A DNA stretch of 63,753 nucleotides, filler included, from Octopus bimaculoides (GCF_001194135.2; 6 parts of 5 records of this genome joined end to end with filler, not necessarily neighbours in it), one strand, 5' to 3'; counted from the first letter of the whole stretch, positions 49,766-62,690 are shown. Translations and numbers: made by a program. The notes: generated by a model from the sequence alone, not told the origin.

Positions 49766-49945
49766 AGGCACAAGGCCCGAAATTTGGGGTGACGGGGAAA
49801 GTCGATTAGATAGACCCCAGAACGCAACTGGTGCTTAATTTATCGACCCCGAAAGGATAAAAGGTAGAGTCGACCTCGGCGGAATTTGAACTCAGAACGT
49901 GGAGACAGACGAAATACCGCTAAGCATTTCGCCCGGCATGCTAAC
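49762..49945 (-). mobile_element. SINE family B, tail-to-tail with the preceding copy
   Basis: taggcacaaggcccgaaatt..gtcgacctcggcggaatttgaactcagaacgt..gaaataccgctaagcatttcgcccgg. Confidence 0.88.
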
Positions 49946-49949
49946 GTTT

Positions 49950-50172
49950 CTTATTTCAATGGGCTAAAAATAGAGGGGACAAACAAGGACAGACAAAGGG
50001 ATTAAGTCGATTACATCGACCCCTGTGCGTAACAGGTTCTTCATTCATCGACCCCGAAAGGATGAAAAGCAAATTCGACCTCGGCGGAATTTGAACTCAG
50101 AACGTAACAACAGACGAAATACCGTTAAGCATTTCGACCGGCGTGCTAACGCTTCTGCCAGCTCGCCGCCTT
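49950..50172 (-). mobile_element. SINE family B with alternative tail
   Basis: ggggacaaacaaggacagacaaagggattaagtcgattacatcgaccc..gccagctcgccgcc. Confidence 0.88.
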
Positions 50173-51904
50173 AAATTTGAAATAAATGCTAGTCCCTCAA
50201 TCTGGTCTGTATTTTCTTTTTAATTTATCAGATCAAATTAATAATTATTCTCCATGTATAAGCCTCAGTATGTGTCTGTCTATAAAGAAGTCGATGATTT
50301 TTCAAAGAACCTTACCAAAATTCTCATAAACCTTTCCAATCAATAATGAATGCAATAAAAGGATGGACAGTGAAAATTTTCCAGCACCAGTCTGTGTTTG
50401 TCAGAAAAAAAAAAAAGACATGCTCTTGACAGGCAGGATGGGTCATCAGCGGCACGCTGACGGAGATCTTGACAGAATTAGGCGCAATGTCCATGACAAA
50501 ATCGCAGATGATCACACGAACATAATTCACAACTTGCGAAGTAAACACTGCGATATCACTCGGCATACTACCCCATGAAGGACAACCGTGTGCCGCCATC
50601 TGATGGTGTGCTACAGAACTAGACGTATACAAATAGAACTTTGGTGTCTATGTTCTCGACGAACGTATCTTTACATATATAATTGTCCTTCTAATAACAA
50701 CTAAAATTAATACGAAAATATTTTTAACCAGACAACGTTGTATTTATATGAATATCAAGGCGATACATTAGCACCCCCTGTCCGAAATTGTGTGCGCATA
50801 ACTTTCATAATATATATTTTTAACGACATTTTCCGCTATAAAATTTTTCCAACGTCTACATGACGATTATGAAGTTCAAACGAAAATAAACTTTTTTTAT
50901 TTTTGTATCCACAATGAAAGATGCTTACAAGTGTTACACTTCGAAATACTTTTTTTAGTAATCATTTCACCCCTCCACATTTTTTTTGATTTGCGAAATT
51001 TGTATTTGACTCTGACAAAAAAAAAGTGGGGCTTCGCATACATGGCACTCAATACCGAGTAACTCGGCTAGGATTCACAAGGTACCATATATTTTAAGAG
51101 TTGGTGCGTTCTCGGAATCGTTATAATGTTGGATAAAGTCTCTTGGTTGTTGAGTTATGGTACTTTTCTTTCTCTATTCAAATATCACTGTTGTAAAGTG
51201 AATTTACATGTCTGACAAAAAAAATCGATAGACATATAAATGCACAGATCAGATGAAATATGTTATTGAAGAATTTATTAATATGTTATTGTAGAATGTA
51301 AGTAATTAACAATTACCATATTTTTCATATATATATATATATATGTATATGTATATGTATATGTATATNNNNNNNNNNNNNNNNNNNNNNNNNNNNNNNN
51401 NNNNNNNNNNNNTTAATTAATTAANNNNNNNNNNNNNNNNNNNNNNNNNNNNNNNNNNNNNNNNNNNNTTGCAATTATCTTAACTGGTTTAACGTTGTTG
51501 GTATAATACAAATACAATTTCAGCAATATGAAATGATATGTATGTATATTATGTTATACCTTTAACTCAAATTTATTATTCTTGATTTATTTGTATGTTA
51601 TCGGTTGAAATAATATATTTGTGTATAAATTTTTATATTATATGTTCTATATTTTGCATCTAACTTCTTATATATTTCTTATTCTTTTATTTATTTTATT
51701 TTTCTTACGTTATTTTTATATCCCTTTATTCCTTATGTTTGGTGGATTATGTTGTATTTCTTATATATGATCATTGAGGGAGTGTAGTATGTTGAGTCGT
51801 TAACCTAACGTTTTTATTCTATAACTAATATTTTACTCTTGTCTCAATTATTCTGAGCACTTGCAGCCCTGTATAAAATCTATTAGTTTCCTAATAAGAA
51901 ACTA

Positions 51905-51952
<48 letters not shown>

Positions 51953-51984
51953 CTACTGTTCTGTTTGCTTATTAATGGCAGTGG

Positions 51985-52590
51985 TGCAGTACCGCCATCT
52001 TTTGAAAAATTGCGAAAGGTTGACTTCTCGTGTCAAAGAACAGGAGTTTGTTTCTGCAATCTTGAGCGTTTAGAATTTGGTTCATTTGCATCAGACTTTT
52101 ACTGTAGTCACAAATCATTTCAAGTCCTGCAAATTAGCTCCTTCATCTATGGCAGGTGTATCAAGGAGGCATGAATATAATACCACGTTTCAATTAGTAG
52201 TAGTGCAATATACCGAAGAACGTGGGAAAAGGGAAGCAGAGAGAAACCTTAAACTTCTAACTACCGGGAAGCTGATTCGCCAGACGAGGAACAGGAAGAA
52301 GAATTTTAAGAAAGATAATTTGCAGAAGTGTAATCTTCGAACACTGCCAGCAAAATGACCATGCTTAGAGGATATTAGACTGAAGAAATTTATATGTGAT
52401 GACTACATAGATGATAATTTGGAAACATTCTTGCTTAAGGAATGAATGATTTCAAAGGAACTGATTAAAATGGTTTCGTTTCATGAAATGAAATGGTTTA
52501 GGTTCCCGAATAAGAATGTCGTAAGCTCAGAAAATGCCTGCAGAATACAAAGAGAAAATAGTGGACTTTTAGAATAGCTGTCACGAATAA
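51985..52590 (+). mobile_element. pogo-like transposase N-terminal relic (Brinker-type DBD / CENP-B HTH-like)
   Basis: MAGVSRRHEYNTTFQLVVVQYTEERGKREAERN..KLIRQ..NLRTLPAK*PCLE resembles RRSYTAxFKLxVVxYAExxGxRxAxR..AKWPxLE; by-eye similarity only. Confidence 0.55.
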
Positions 52591-52863
52591 AATGGAATTT
52601 ATTGATTTTTGGGGGGGATTTTTTTGTTAATTTTTAATATCCTAAATTCTAAGACATGTAATTTGCATTAAAAAATTATTTTTCAATCCATGTTTCTCAA
52701 ACTTCTTAACCACCTACCCCCATCGTGCTTCGGAATAGCTGTCACGATTTACTTTTTTTTCAATATTTTTCGCTATTATATAATGTTGCACGTTCTAAGC
52801 ACTTTATAATTCCACACTAAAAAGCTACCTTTCAGTTTAGGCTGTTACTATTTTTTGACAAGA

Positions 52864-53085
52864 AGGCGGAAAGCTGGCAGAATCGTTAGTGTGACAAACA
52901 AAATGCTTAGCGGCATTTCGTCCGTCTTTACATTCTGAGTTCAAATTCTGTCGAAGTCGACTTTGCCTTTTATCCCTTCGGGGCCGATTAAATAAGTACT
53001 ACTTGAACATTGGGGTCGATGTAATCGATTTACCCCTCCCCTAAATTGCTGGCATTGTGCGAAATTTTGAAACCAATATTTCTTG
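52864..53085 (+). mobile_element. SINE family B
   Basis: ggcggaaagctggcagaatcgttag..attctgagttcaaattc..ggggtcgatgtaatcgat..gctggcattgtgc. Confidence 0.85.
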
Positions 53086-53089
53086 ACAA

Positions 53090-55417
53090 AAGTCTCTCCC
53101 GCCACTACTACTACCAAGGAAGGAAATGTTCAGAAATAATAGAAAAAAAACTATTTCACTGGCGGGAAATGCATTCTTTCAGAGTGCTATTGCAAAATAT
53201 TCTATCACTGTGCATCAGGTGGCTTCGCCCACACTTCATCCCCGATCTGAATGGATGCAGACGCTTCTCATTTTCGAAATTCTGCGGTACAACGCTCAGG
53301 TGTCTTCATTCGTACTTGAACATAGATCTTCGTGGAACCAACTCTTCAGTTTGTCCTACTCCGGGCGACATATGGTGAAAAACTTCCCTAATGAGGAAGA
53401 TTCACTTCCTTTCATGGCTTTCAACTTTCCCGGTCCAAAACCAGCTCCGGTACACTCCCATATGATACACTTTGAATCACGACAGCACGCAGTCCTCATC
53501 TCAACGTCAAGTTCACATCCTTCAACGCATCCAGTTCAACCACACTAATGTGACTGTAGTTATCCTTCTTCCTGAACCACGCTGCATCTTCCACCTCAAC
53601 ACCTCCCATTTTCAAAACGACTCCTTCTTGCTATGCTACTCACATTACACCATACAATCCTCTTTGTGTGTGTGTGTGTACATGCTAACTTCCCCTCACC
53701 GAGTTCTCCGCTCTCACTCTCTTCAGAATGTCTTGCATCATGGCAGCTGTATTCTCCCTTGCTTTGTCTTCCCAGCTCGCTCTTTCAGCTTACTTCTTAA
53801 TCCTACCATTTTCCGACAAATTAAGAACACTTTTTGTCAGTCCATGTCCTTGTTCAGGTATGGACGGCGGCGGCGGCGGGGCTTCTTCCTTCCAGAAGTA
53901 TTCCACTGTCCATTGTTTACCATCAATCTCAACCCGGAAATCATCATCTTCGATATTAGTTGCAAGTTTTCCTTCTCTCTCCGCTCGACTGGTCGATCTT
54001 ACAGCCTTCTTCCTCCGCTACATTCTCACAGCACACGGAACACCGATCCCCAAATTCTACCTCCATCTTGCCAACCGTCACGTCACCCAACCGGACAATC
54101 ACATCCATTACTACAATTACATCAACACCATCCTTAATCTCATCGACAACAATCGCCTGTACCATTAACTCCACCACACTGATGCCTCTACACCTAACCT
54201 CTATACCATGCACAGCACTCAGGGTGGATTTTTGCTCCAGTTCTCAACTGTTTTCACGGTTTTTCCCAGAGTTGTTGAGCAGCCCGTATCAACAAAGGCT
54301 CGCGCTTCCCTTGCACCCACCAGAACCTTTATCAAAGGTGCAGTTCTAATCGGTTGTCAGGGCAACTACCGGAGCAGCAGCTTCTCTTCCTCCGTTAATT
54401 TGTTTGCAATAGATTGCTATGTGCTCAGGCAAGTCCCAATGTTAGAGCATATCACTATGGATTTGGGCTCCTTGCAATCTCTGAGCATGAGAGAACCCCG
54501 ACACCTGAAACATGGTCCTTTAAGTGACCGTGTCGGCTCACCTACTCATCTACAGTTCTCATTACTCGCCACCAACTTCTGTCCTGCTAGTCTCTATCTA
54601 TCATGGCCATTTCCGTGACATCACCAGTGTCGTTTTGCGTCAACACCGGTGTCCTCTATAGCAAATCGATCACCGACATTGTGTCAATGCCCAACAGTTG
54701 CAACCTCACAGAGATATGATCGGGGAATGCAGTCATGAAAGACAGCTTTACAATTTCTCCAATAATCCACCAGTAAACCCTGCTACCCAAGTTTGTCTCC
54801 TTATCTCACTCACGTAGTTGTCCACCTGCTCTTCTTTCCATCTCACTCTACCCAGCTTGTTGTATACCTTAAAAGTATCTTCTGTAAACGCATCCTTCAG
54901 TCACTCTTCGATCTTTTCGACTTATAGTTGGTTCGCTCCATCCATCTCTAAATACAAATTCAGAGCACTTCCTTCTAAGTACAGAGGCATAACACTGATC
55001 ATGTCTTGTATGCACTGCAGCTTCACAACGATCCTCACTTTTTTTTTATCCAGGTCACAACGTCACCTACCCCGAAAAACAATCTCAAAACATTGCTACC
55101 GATTCTAATCCTCGTGACCATGTTGAACGTCGGCAGGAAAAAAAGGGGGAAAATCCCAACAGATAAACAACATGCCGAAATAGCTTGCAAAAGGGACGGT
55201 AAAGTAAAACGCTCTTACCTTGAGACGAACTTCAAACAGGAGGAACCACTCTCTACACAAGCCTAAATGGTCTCGCTACTCAACCTCTGGTCAGAATCTA
55301 CCATCCCCCAAAACTCGTTCGCAACGGATGCCCTACGAAAAAAGGAGCAGATCGTATCCCTCACTTCACTCACCCTCCTTCGCTTCCAGTCCTGACGTCT
55401 CCCTTCAACCTTCCACA
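53090..55417 (-). mobile_element. Ty3/Gypsy-like LTR retrotransposon relic (5' LTR, PBS, gag, protease, fragmentary pol, PPT); heavily deleted
   Basis: gag-like MPLYLEGSALNLYLEM; GPCFRC zinc knuckle (about 54496-54519); AFVDTGCSTT protease (54279-93); RNaseH-like HISVVELDA; GDEVWAKPP; PPT-like GGCGGGAGAG at 53093-53103. Confidence 0.85.
55121..55417 (-). repeat. 5' LTR (297 bp, TGT...ACA) followed by a PBS
   Basis: Reverse complement begins TGTGGAAGG and ends TTCAACA, immediately followed by TGGTCACGAGGAT, a degenerate complement of a tRNA-Ser(GCU)-like 3' end. Confidence 0.7.
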
Positions 55418-55632
55418 GAAGGTGAACTCGCAAAATCGTTAATGTGTCGGACAAAATGCTTAGCAGCATTTCTTCCAGCTCTTTATACGTTCTGAGTTCA
55501 AATACCGCCGAGGTCTACTTTAGCTTTCAAACTTTCATAGTCATAAAATAAATAACAGTCATGTACTGAGTATCGATGTAATCTACTAGCCCATTTCCCC
55601 AAAATTACTGGCCTTGTGCCAAATTTTGAAAG
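55418..55632 (+). mobile_element. SINE family B, degenerate
   Basis: aaatgcttagcagcatt..gttctgagttcaaataccgccgagg..aaattactggccttgtgcc. Confidence 0.75.
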
Positions 55633-55894
55633 GACTATTTTTATTACTGTTACTGTTTACGTTGGAGGAGGAGCGCTAACCTAAATGCTTCTTTCTCTGT
55701 ATTTAGTTCCGTTTGTTAATGTTAAGAATTCGATTCCAACCTGGTTCGATAAAATCAATACGAGTATTATACTTATCTTCGATTCGAATAATTAAATATA
55801 CAATCCCTCTGCCTTCTACGGATTTTATAGATTTGGGTAAATGGGGAAAATCCTCTCCTTCTTTCTACAGTAAAAAAGAAAAAGTAAAAATGGT

Positions 55895-56320
55895 TTCAAA
55901 TTTTGGCCCAAGGATAGCAATTTCGGGAGAAGGGTTAAGTCGATTATATCGACTCCAGTGTTCAACTGGTACTTATTTTATCGACCCCGAAAGGATGACA
56001 GACTAAGTCGATCTCGGCGGAATTTGATCTCGGAATGCATAGACGGTCGAAATTCCTCAAAGCAATTTTGCACCTTAAAGGATGTTTCCCCAGCTCATCG
56101 GCTTAAATCGTTGTTACAATTATTTCCAGTTTAGACAAAGCCAACACGCTTGAGTTGGTGTTGGGGTAGTTGATTATATCGACTGTCTCTACTTGACTTG
56201 TTCTTATTTTATCTACCTCGAAAGAATGAACAGGTAAGTTGGCTTCTGCGAGATTTGAACTCGGAATGTAAAGACATGAAATAAATTCATTTTGTTTTTA
56301 TAATGCGCTAACGACTGCTT
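55895..56320 (-). mobile_element. Two degenerate SINE family B copies
   Basis: atcgaccccgaaaggatga..gatctcggcggaatttga (about 55980-56030) and gagatttgaactcggaatgtaaagac (about 56250-56275). Confidence 0.7.
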
Positions 56321-56505
56321 GCTCGAATAATGATAATTACTTTATTTACGAGATGTACAGCGAATGAGACACATCACAAAAACGAAAGCAAAAAAAAAAA
56401 AAAAANNNNNNNNNNNNNNNNNNNNNNNNNNNNNNNNNNNNNNNNNNNNTTAATTAATTAANNNNNNNNNNNNNNNNNNNNNNNNNNNNNNNNNNNNNNN
56501 NNNNN

Positions 56506-56542
<37 letters not shown>

Positions 56543-56605
56543 TGTTTGCCCTACTATATGTCTATCTATTTGCTATCCTGTTGGTTTGTTTGTGCTGCCT
56601 AATAA

Positions 56606-56638
<33 letters not shown>

Positions 56639-56885
56639 TATATATGTGTGTGTGTGTGTAGGTGTGTATGTATATATGTATGATGTATGCAGGGTCTCTG
56701 TCTGAAGAATTTCTAATAGGAAATTTCTTGCATGTTTACCATGTAGAATTCTGTTATTCTTAGCAAATGAAATATGTGTAATGGTGAATAGATAAAGTGA
56801 AAAAATTTTTCAATCTCCTATTTTGCTATATATATGCGCATGTATGTATATATACGATATATATGTGTATACGTGTGTGTATATA

Positions 56886-57772
56886 TTGGGTCATTCCATA
56901 AATAATGCTGTTTTTTTTCAATTGCATGAACTAAAAGTGAGGTGGGGACAGGATAAACTACTTGCATATCTTACTATAAAAGCAGGTAGTCATTTTACCT
57001 TGTGCTTATTCTTAGTGCAAGTTATGAAGAGTGCAGTTTGATTTTAACAGTTATTTTTTCAATGATATAATGTAGGTGACAAAGGAACATATTCGGCATA
57101 TTTTGCTTTATGAATTCAAGAAAGACAACAACGCAATGGAAAATGCAAGGAATATTATATTAATATATGGGGATCGGACAATAAGTGTAAGCCAGTGTCG
57201 ATGGTGGTTCCAGAAATTGCAAGCCAGAAACTATAGCCTTAGAAGATGAGCCTCGTCCTGGAAGATTTGTAGAGCTCAACGAGGACATTCTGCAAACCTT
57301 GGTGGAACAAAATCCTATGGTAACTGTTGAGAAACTGGCAGAGAAATGTGGATTTGGTCATTCAAGTTAGCACTAGAAGAAAAATGACCATCTTTGGTTT
57401 GAAGACGAAAGGTGGTCATCCATCAGGATGACTTCCTCAAGGCTGGACCAGTTTGAATGGGAAACAATGACCCACCCATCATATACGATGGACATTGCCC
57501 CATCTGATTATCATTTATTCCAGTCTTCAAAATCATTTGGACGGAAAAAATATGAATTCTGTAGATGAGATCAGAACAGTATTGGAGAAGTATTTTTCAT
57601 CATGGACAAGTGAATTTTGGAAGAGGGGCCTTGCACATCTACCAGATAGATGGAAGAGCATTGTAAGAAAATGAAGGAGAGTAGATTTTAGATTAAAAAA
57701 GAACTTTGTTTATCTTAATTTTGAAAAATAAAACAAGTATCAAAAAACCGCATCATTTATGGGTTGACCCAA
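56886..57772 (+). mobile_element. mariner element with both TIRs and a large internal deletion
   Basis: TA-ttgggtcattccataaataatgc ... gcatcatttatgggttgacccaa-TA; M*VTKEHIRHILLYEF; DEPRPGR; IAPSDYHLF; LPDRWKSI. Confidence 0.9.
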
Positions 57773-58260
57773 TATCTATGTATATAAACACACACACACA
57801 CACACACACAATAATTCAGGTGGCTGTTTAGCATCTAAGCAGTGTATAAAATCTTTATTTTGTTATGTTGCTACAAATTTGTTTGCATACATTTTTAATA
57901 CAATTTTGTGTATTTTCTTGTGAATGTCTTTTGACATACATACGCATGCACGCACGCATACATTCATACGTACATATACACACATACACACACATATTCA
58001 TATACATATACATACACATACACATGCATACATATATACATTGAATCCACCACGAGTTAAAACAGGATCTTCTAACGGCAAAGTAAATTTCTCGTTATAA
58101 AGGCATCTTTGGCCTGAAGAGTGGCTTGTGGTCAACCCCTTGTTTGGGTAATTTACAGAAGGAAACATGTAGAAGGAAACATGTAGAAGGAAACATGTAG
58201 CCTGGACTTTACTCCATCCCCTAATCTTTGGATTATATATATATATATATAATATATGTG

Positions 58261-58311
<51 letters not shown>

Positions 58312-58718
58312 NNNNNNNNNNNNNNNNNNNNNNNNNNNNNNNNNNNNNNNNNNNNNNNNNNNNNNNNNNNNNNNNNNNNNNNNNNNNNNNNNNNNNNNNN
58401 NNNNNNNNNNNNNNNNNNNNNNNNNNNNNNNNNNNNNNNNNNNNNNNNNNNNNNNNNNNNNNNNNNNNNNNNNNNNNNNNNNNNNNNNNNNNNNNNNNNN
58501 NNNNNNNNNNNNNNNNNNNNNNNNNNNNNNNNNNNNNNNNNNNNNNNNNNNNNNNNNNNNNNNNNNNNNNNNNNNNNNNNNNNNNNNNNNNNNNNNNNNN
58601 NNNNNNNNNNNNNNNNNNNNNNNNNNNNNNNNNNNNNNNNNNNNNNNNNNNNNNNNNNNNNNNNNNNNNNNNNNNNNNNNNNNNNNNNNNNNNNNNNNNN
58701 NNNNNNNNNNNNNNNNNN

Positions 58719-58750
<32 letters not shown>

Positions 58751-59060
58751 GAGTAATAGTAGAGGCACCCATCTATATTTTATTCACCTATCTTTGAATC
58801 TGTCCTTTGTAAATATTATGGACCATATATTTAATATTAAGTACATGTCTGAATAGGTTCAAGAGCGGATTTGTTTATTCAGCTGGGTCTAATTATCTTC
58901 ATACACTGCAAGAATATAATTTGGCCGGTACTTGTGTACCATGTTTGATTTTTACATAATATTCTTGTGTGTGCATAGTATTCCAATCTACCAAGGTGCC
59001 TCAATTTAAATATCTAATTTAACTGATTCTTTCTTATATTTTATGCATATATACTTTCAG

Positions 59061-59095
<35 letters not shown>

Positions 59096-59269
59096 AATAT
59101 ATATGTAAATGCATATGTATTATATATCTAAATATTATATGTATTTAGTTAAATAAGATTTGTAGAATGCTATGTAAAGCCCATCCACATTTATTGGCTA
59201 GCTGATGTCATCATACATTAAATAAAGAATGGTACTCATTCCATTTTTTAATCTACATACATACATACA

Positions 59270-59311
<42 letters not shown>

Positions 59312-59494
59312 CTGAATTGATGCAACATACCCGTTTCTTCCTGGGAAAACGAAGCATCCAAATGTCTATAAAACATGATTAAGGTTTTATTTTACTGAAA
59401 CGCCATAGGTCGTTGATGACAAGAGAATTCATCATACATACATACATACATACATATACATATATATATTTATATATATAAATGTATGTATATA

Positions 59495-59532
<38 letters not shown>

Positions 59533-59828
59533 GACGAAGGCCTTGATGAATACCACAAGTTATTGAAAATACGTATTTGCCTTTATATATTTAATCCTTT
59601 ACATTGAACACTCAATATTTCATATATTCAATAAGACATTCAATACTTCATTTCATTGTACCATCCATTTTTATATTATATATTATATGTTCCATATTCT
59701 ATATCCCACATTAATTTTACAAGAATATAAATAAAACAAAAAACAGACAGAGTTGGAACTCTTTTAAATAAAATAATATATTCCTCTATACACGATCATA
59801 TAAAACCCTTTTTTTGTATTTATTTTTA

Positions 59829-59863
<35 letters not shown>

Positions 59864-60054
59864 NNNNNNNNNNNNNNNNNNNNNNNNNNNNNNNNNNNNN
59901 NNNNNNNTTAATTAATTAANNNNNNNNNNNNNNNNNNNNNNNNNNNNNNNNNNNNNNNNNNNNTGCATGTATGTATGTATCTATATATGTATCTGTATAC
60001 CTATATATACATACATAAACATACACACAATCACACGCGCATATATAAAATTTT

Positions 60055-60250
60055 TTTACTCTTTTACTTGTATCAGTCATTTGACTGTGGCCATGCTAGA
60101 GCACCGCCTTTAGTCGAGCAAATCGACCCCAGGACTTATTGTTTGTAAGCCTAGTACTTATTCTATCGGTCTCTTTTTGCCGAACCGCGGCGACGTAAAC
60201 ACACCAGCATCGATTGTCAAGCGATGGTGGGGGGAAAAACAGACACACAA
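60055..60250 (-). mobile_element. SINE family A, 3' half (runs into a gap)
   Basis: tcagtcatttgactgtggccatgctagagcaccgcctttagtcgagcaaatcgacccc. Confidence 0.9.
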
Positions 60251-60855
60251 NNNNNNNNNNNNNNNNNNNNNNNNNNNNNNNNNNNNNNNNNNNNNNNNNN
60301 NNNNNNNNNNNNNNNNNNNNNNNNNNNNNNNNNNNNNNNNNNNNNNNNNNNNNNNNNNNNNNNNNNNNNNNNNNNNNNNNNNNNNNNNNNNNNNNNNNNN
60401 NNNNNNNNNNNNNNNNNNNNNNNNNNNNNNNNNNNNNNNNNNNNNNNNNNNNNNNNNNNNNNNNNNNNNNNNNNNNNNNNNNNNNNNNNNNNNNNNNNNN
60501 NNNNNNNNNNNNNNNNNNNNNNNNNNNNNNNNNNNNNNNNNNNNNNNNNNNNNNNNNNNNNNNNNNNNNNNNNNNNNNNNNNNNNNNNNNNNNNNNNNNN
60601 NNNNNNNNNNNNNNNNNNNNNNNNNNNNNNNNNNNNNNNNNNNNNNNNNNNNNNNNNNNNNNNNNNNNNNNNNNNNNNNNNNNNNNNNNNNNNNNNNNNN
60701 NNNNNNNNNNNNNNNNNNNNNNNNNNNNNNNNNNNNNNNNNNNNNNNNNNNNNNNNNNNNNNNNNNNNNNNNNNNNNNNNNNNNNNNNNNNNNNNNNNNN
60801 NNNNNNNNNNNNNNNNNNNNNNNNNNNNNNNNNNNNNNNNNNNNNTATATATATA

Positions 60856-60901
<46 letters not shown>

Positions 60902-61431
60902 TAGTAAGGAAAGGCAATAAATTAGACAATGCATAACAAGGAAATTTAATTACATTTAATTCAATCTAAATTTAGCGACATGGTGTACGGTAGACACTTT
61001 GGTGGTACACCTATTTGGGGACTCAAAATGCATGCTTATTTGTTTGAGTCATCCTGACGAAAACACCTCATATTTTCTCTCTCTCTTTCTTTCCCTCCAT
61101 CTTCCCCTCTCTATCTCTCTCTCTCTATATATATGTATGTGTCTACACACACACACCCATACATACAGTAATGCATCGATATACGAGTTAATTTGTTCCC
61201 GGAGACTGCTCATAAAGTGAAAACTCGTAAAACAGAGCAACAATTTCCCATAGTGGCAATGCTATAAATCCTAATCCATTCCCAGAAAAAATATTTTACC
61301 AATAAAATTTACAATACTCGTAAATAAATGACAATAAAATAACAGTAGAATGTACAGAATATTTTATGTAAATTAAAAAGAATATCAATATCGTTTATAA
61401 TAAAATATTATTGTTATTATTATTATAATTA

Positions 61432-61478
<47 letters not shown>

Positions 61479-62382
61479 GTTGTTGTTATTGTTGTTGTTG
61501 TTGCTGTTGTTTTGTGAACCACTTTCACTCACACTACACATGCACACCATCACTTGTAGACACAATCGCCGATTCACGAGCACTCGTAGACGGACTTGTA
61601 GATTACTTTTTAAAGACAAGTCTAGCGTTGTTGGCTTAAAAGAAGCTTTTTTCCGCTCTCTATAAATGTATTTGTAACACTCAGAAGCATACTAGAAAGT
61701 TCTTTGTACTTCGTCGGAAGTTTGGATTTTGTGCTTGAAAAATATAACTCTTTCTAAACCAAGAATGCGTCTATGATTAACTAAGGCTCGTTAGTTTCGT
61801 TGTTTTTTCTTCTTGCTTTGCTTTATGAGTTACAAGTATTGCTATCTGTTGGAGTTTCAGCGATTTAGCTGCTATTTCTGAACTTCGGTATGTGGTGAAG
61901 CAACTGTTGCTGATCCCTTAATTATGTCTATATATATATTATATATGTATATATGTGTGTATGTATGTATATGTGTGTGTATATGTGTATATATGTACAT
62001 GTATATATATATGTATATATGTATGTTTGTATGTGTGTGTGTGTGTGTATGTGTTTATGGCTTGTGAACTTGTGTTTATGGCTTGTGAACTTTGTATNNN
62101 NNNNNNNNNNNNNNNNNNNNNNNNNNNNNNNNNNNNNNNNNNNNNNNNNNNNNNNNNNNNNNNNNNNNNNNNNNNNNNNNNNNNNNNNNNNNNNNNNNNN
62201 NNNNNNNNNNNNNNNNNNNNNNNNNNNNNNNNNNNNNNNNNNNNNNNNNNNNNNNNNNNNNNNNNNNNNNNNNNNNNNNNNNNNNNNNNNNNNNNNNNNN
62301 NNNNNNNNNNNNNNNNNNNNNNNNNNNNNNNNNNNNNNNNNNNNNNNNNNNNNNNNNNNNNNNNNNNNNNNNNNNNNNNNNN

Positions 62383-62417
<35 letters not shown>

Positions 62418-62589
62418 TGTATATATTTATGGATATATGTATTTTGGCTAGAGTTACCTCCCTTGCACGTATTTGTTTGCATGTGTGATATGTGTGTGTG
62501 TCAAGTGGTGATGGGGGAGGGACAGACTGAGAAACAAAAACACACACACCCGCATATATGCGCCAACACACACACAGGCACATACACCC

Positions 62590-62690
62590 CTAATATTCGA
62601 CAGGCTTCACTTAGTTTCCATCTACCAAATCCACTCACAAGGCTTTGGTCAGCCTGAGGGTATAGTGGTAGAAGACTCGTGCCCGAGTTT
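62590..62690 (-). mobile_element. SINE family A, 5' fragment
   Basis: agtttccatctaccaaatccactcacaaggctttggtcagcctgagg..gtagaagac. Confidence 0.75.

Noticed and set aside
50340-50700. GC-balanced unique stretch with 71-102 aa ORFs
   Set aside because: No recognisable domain or splice context; cannot be supported without a database search
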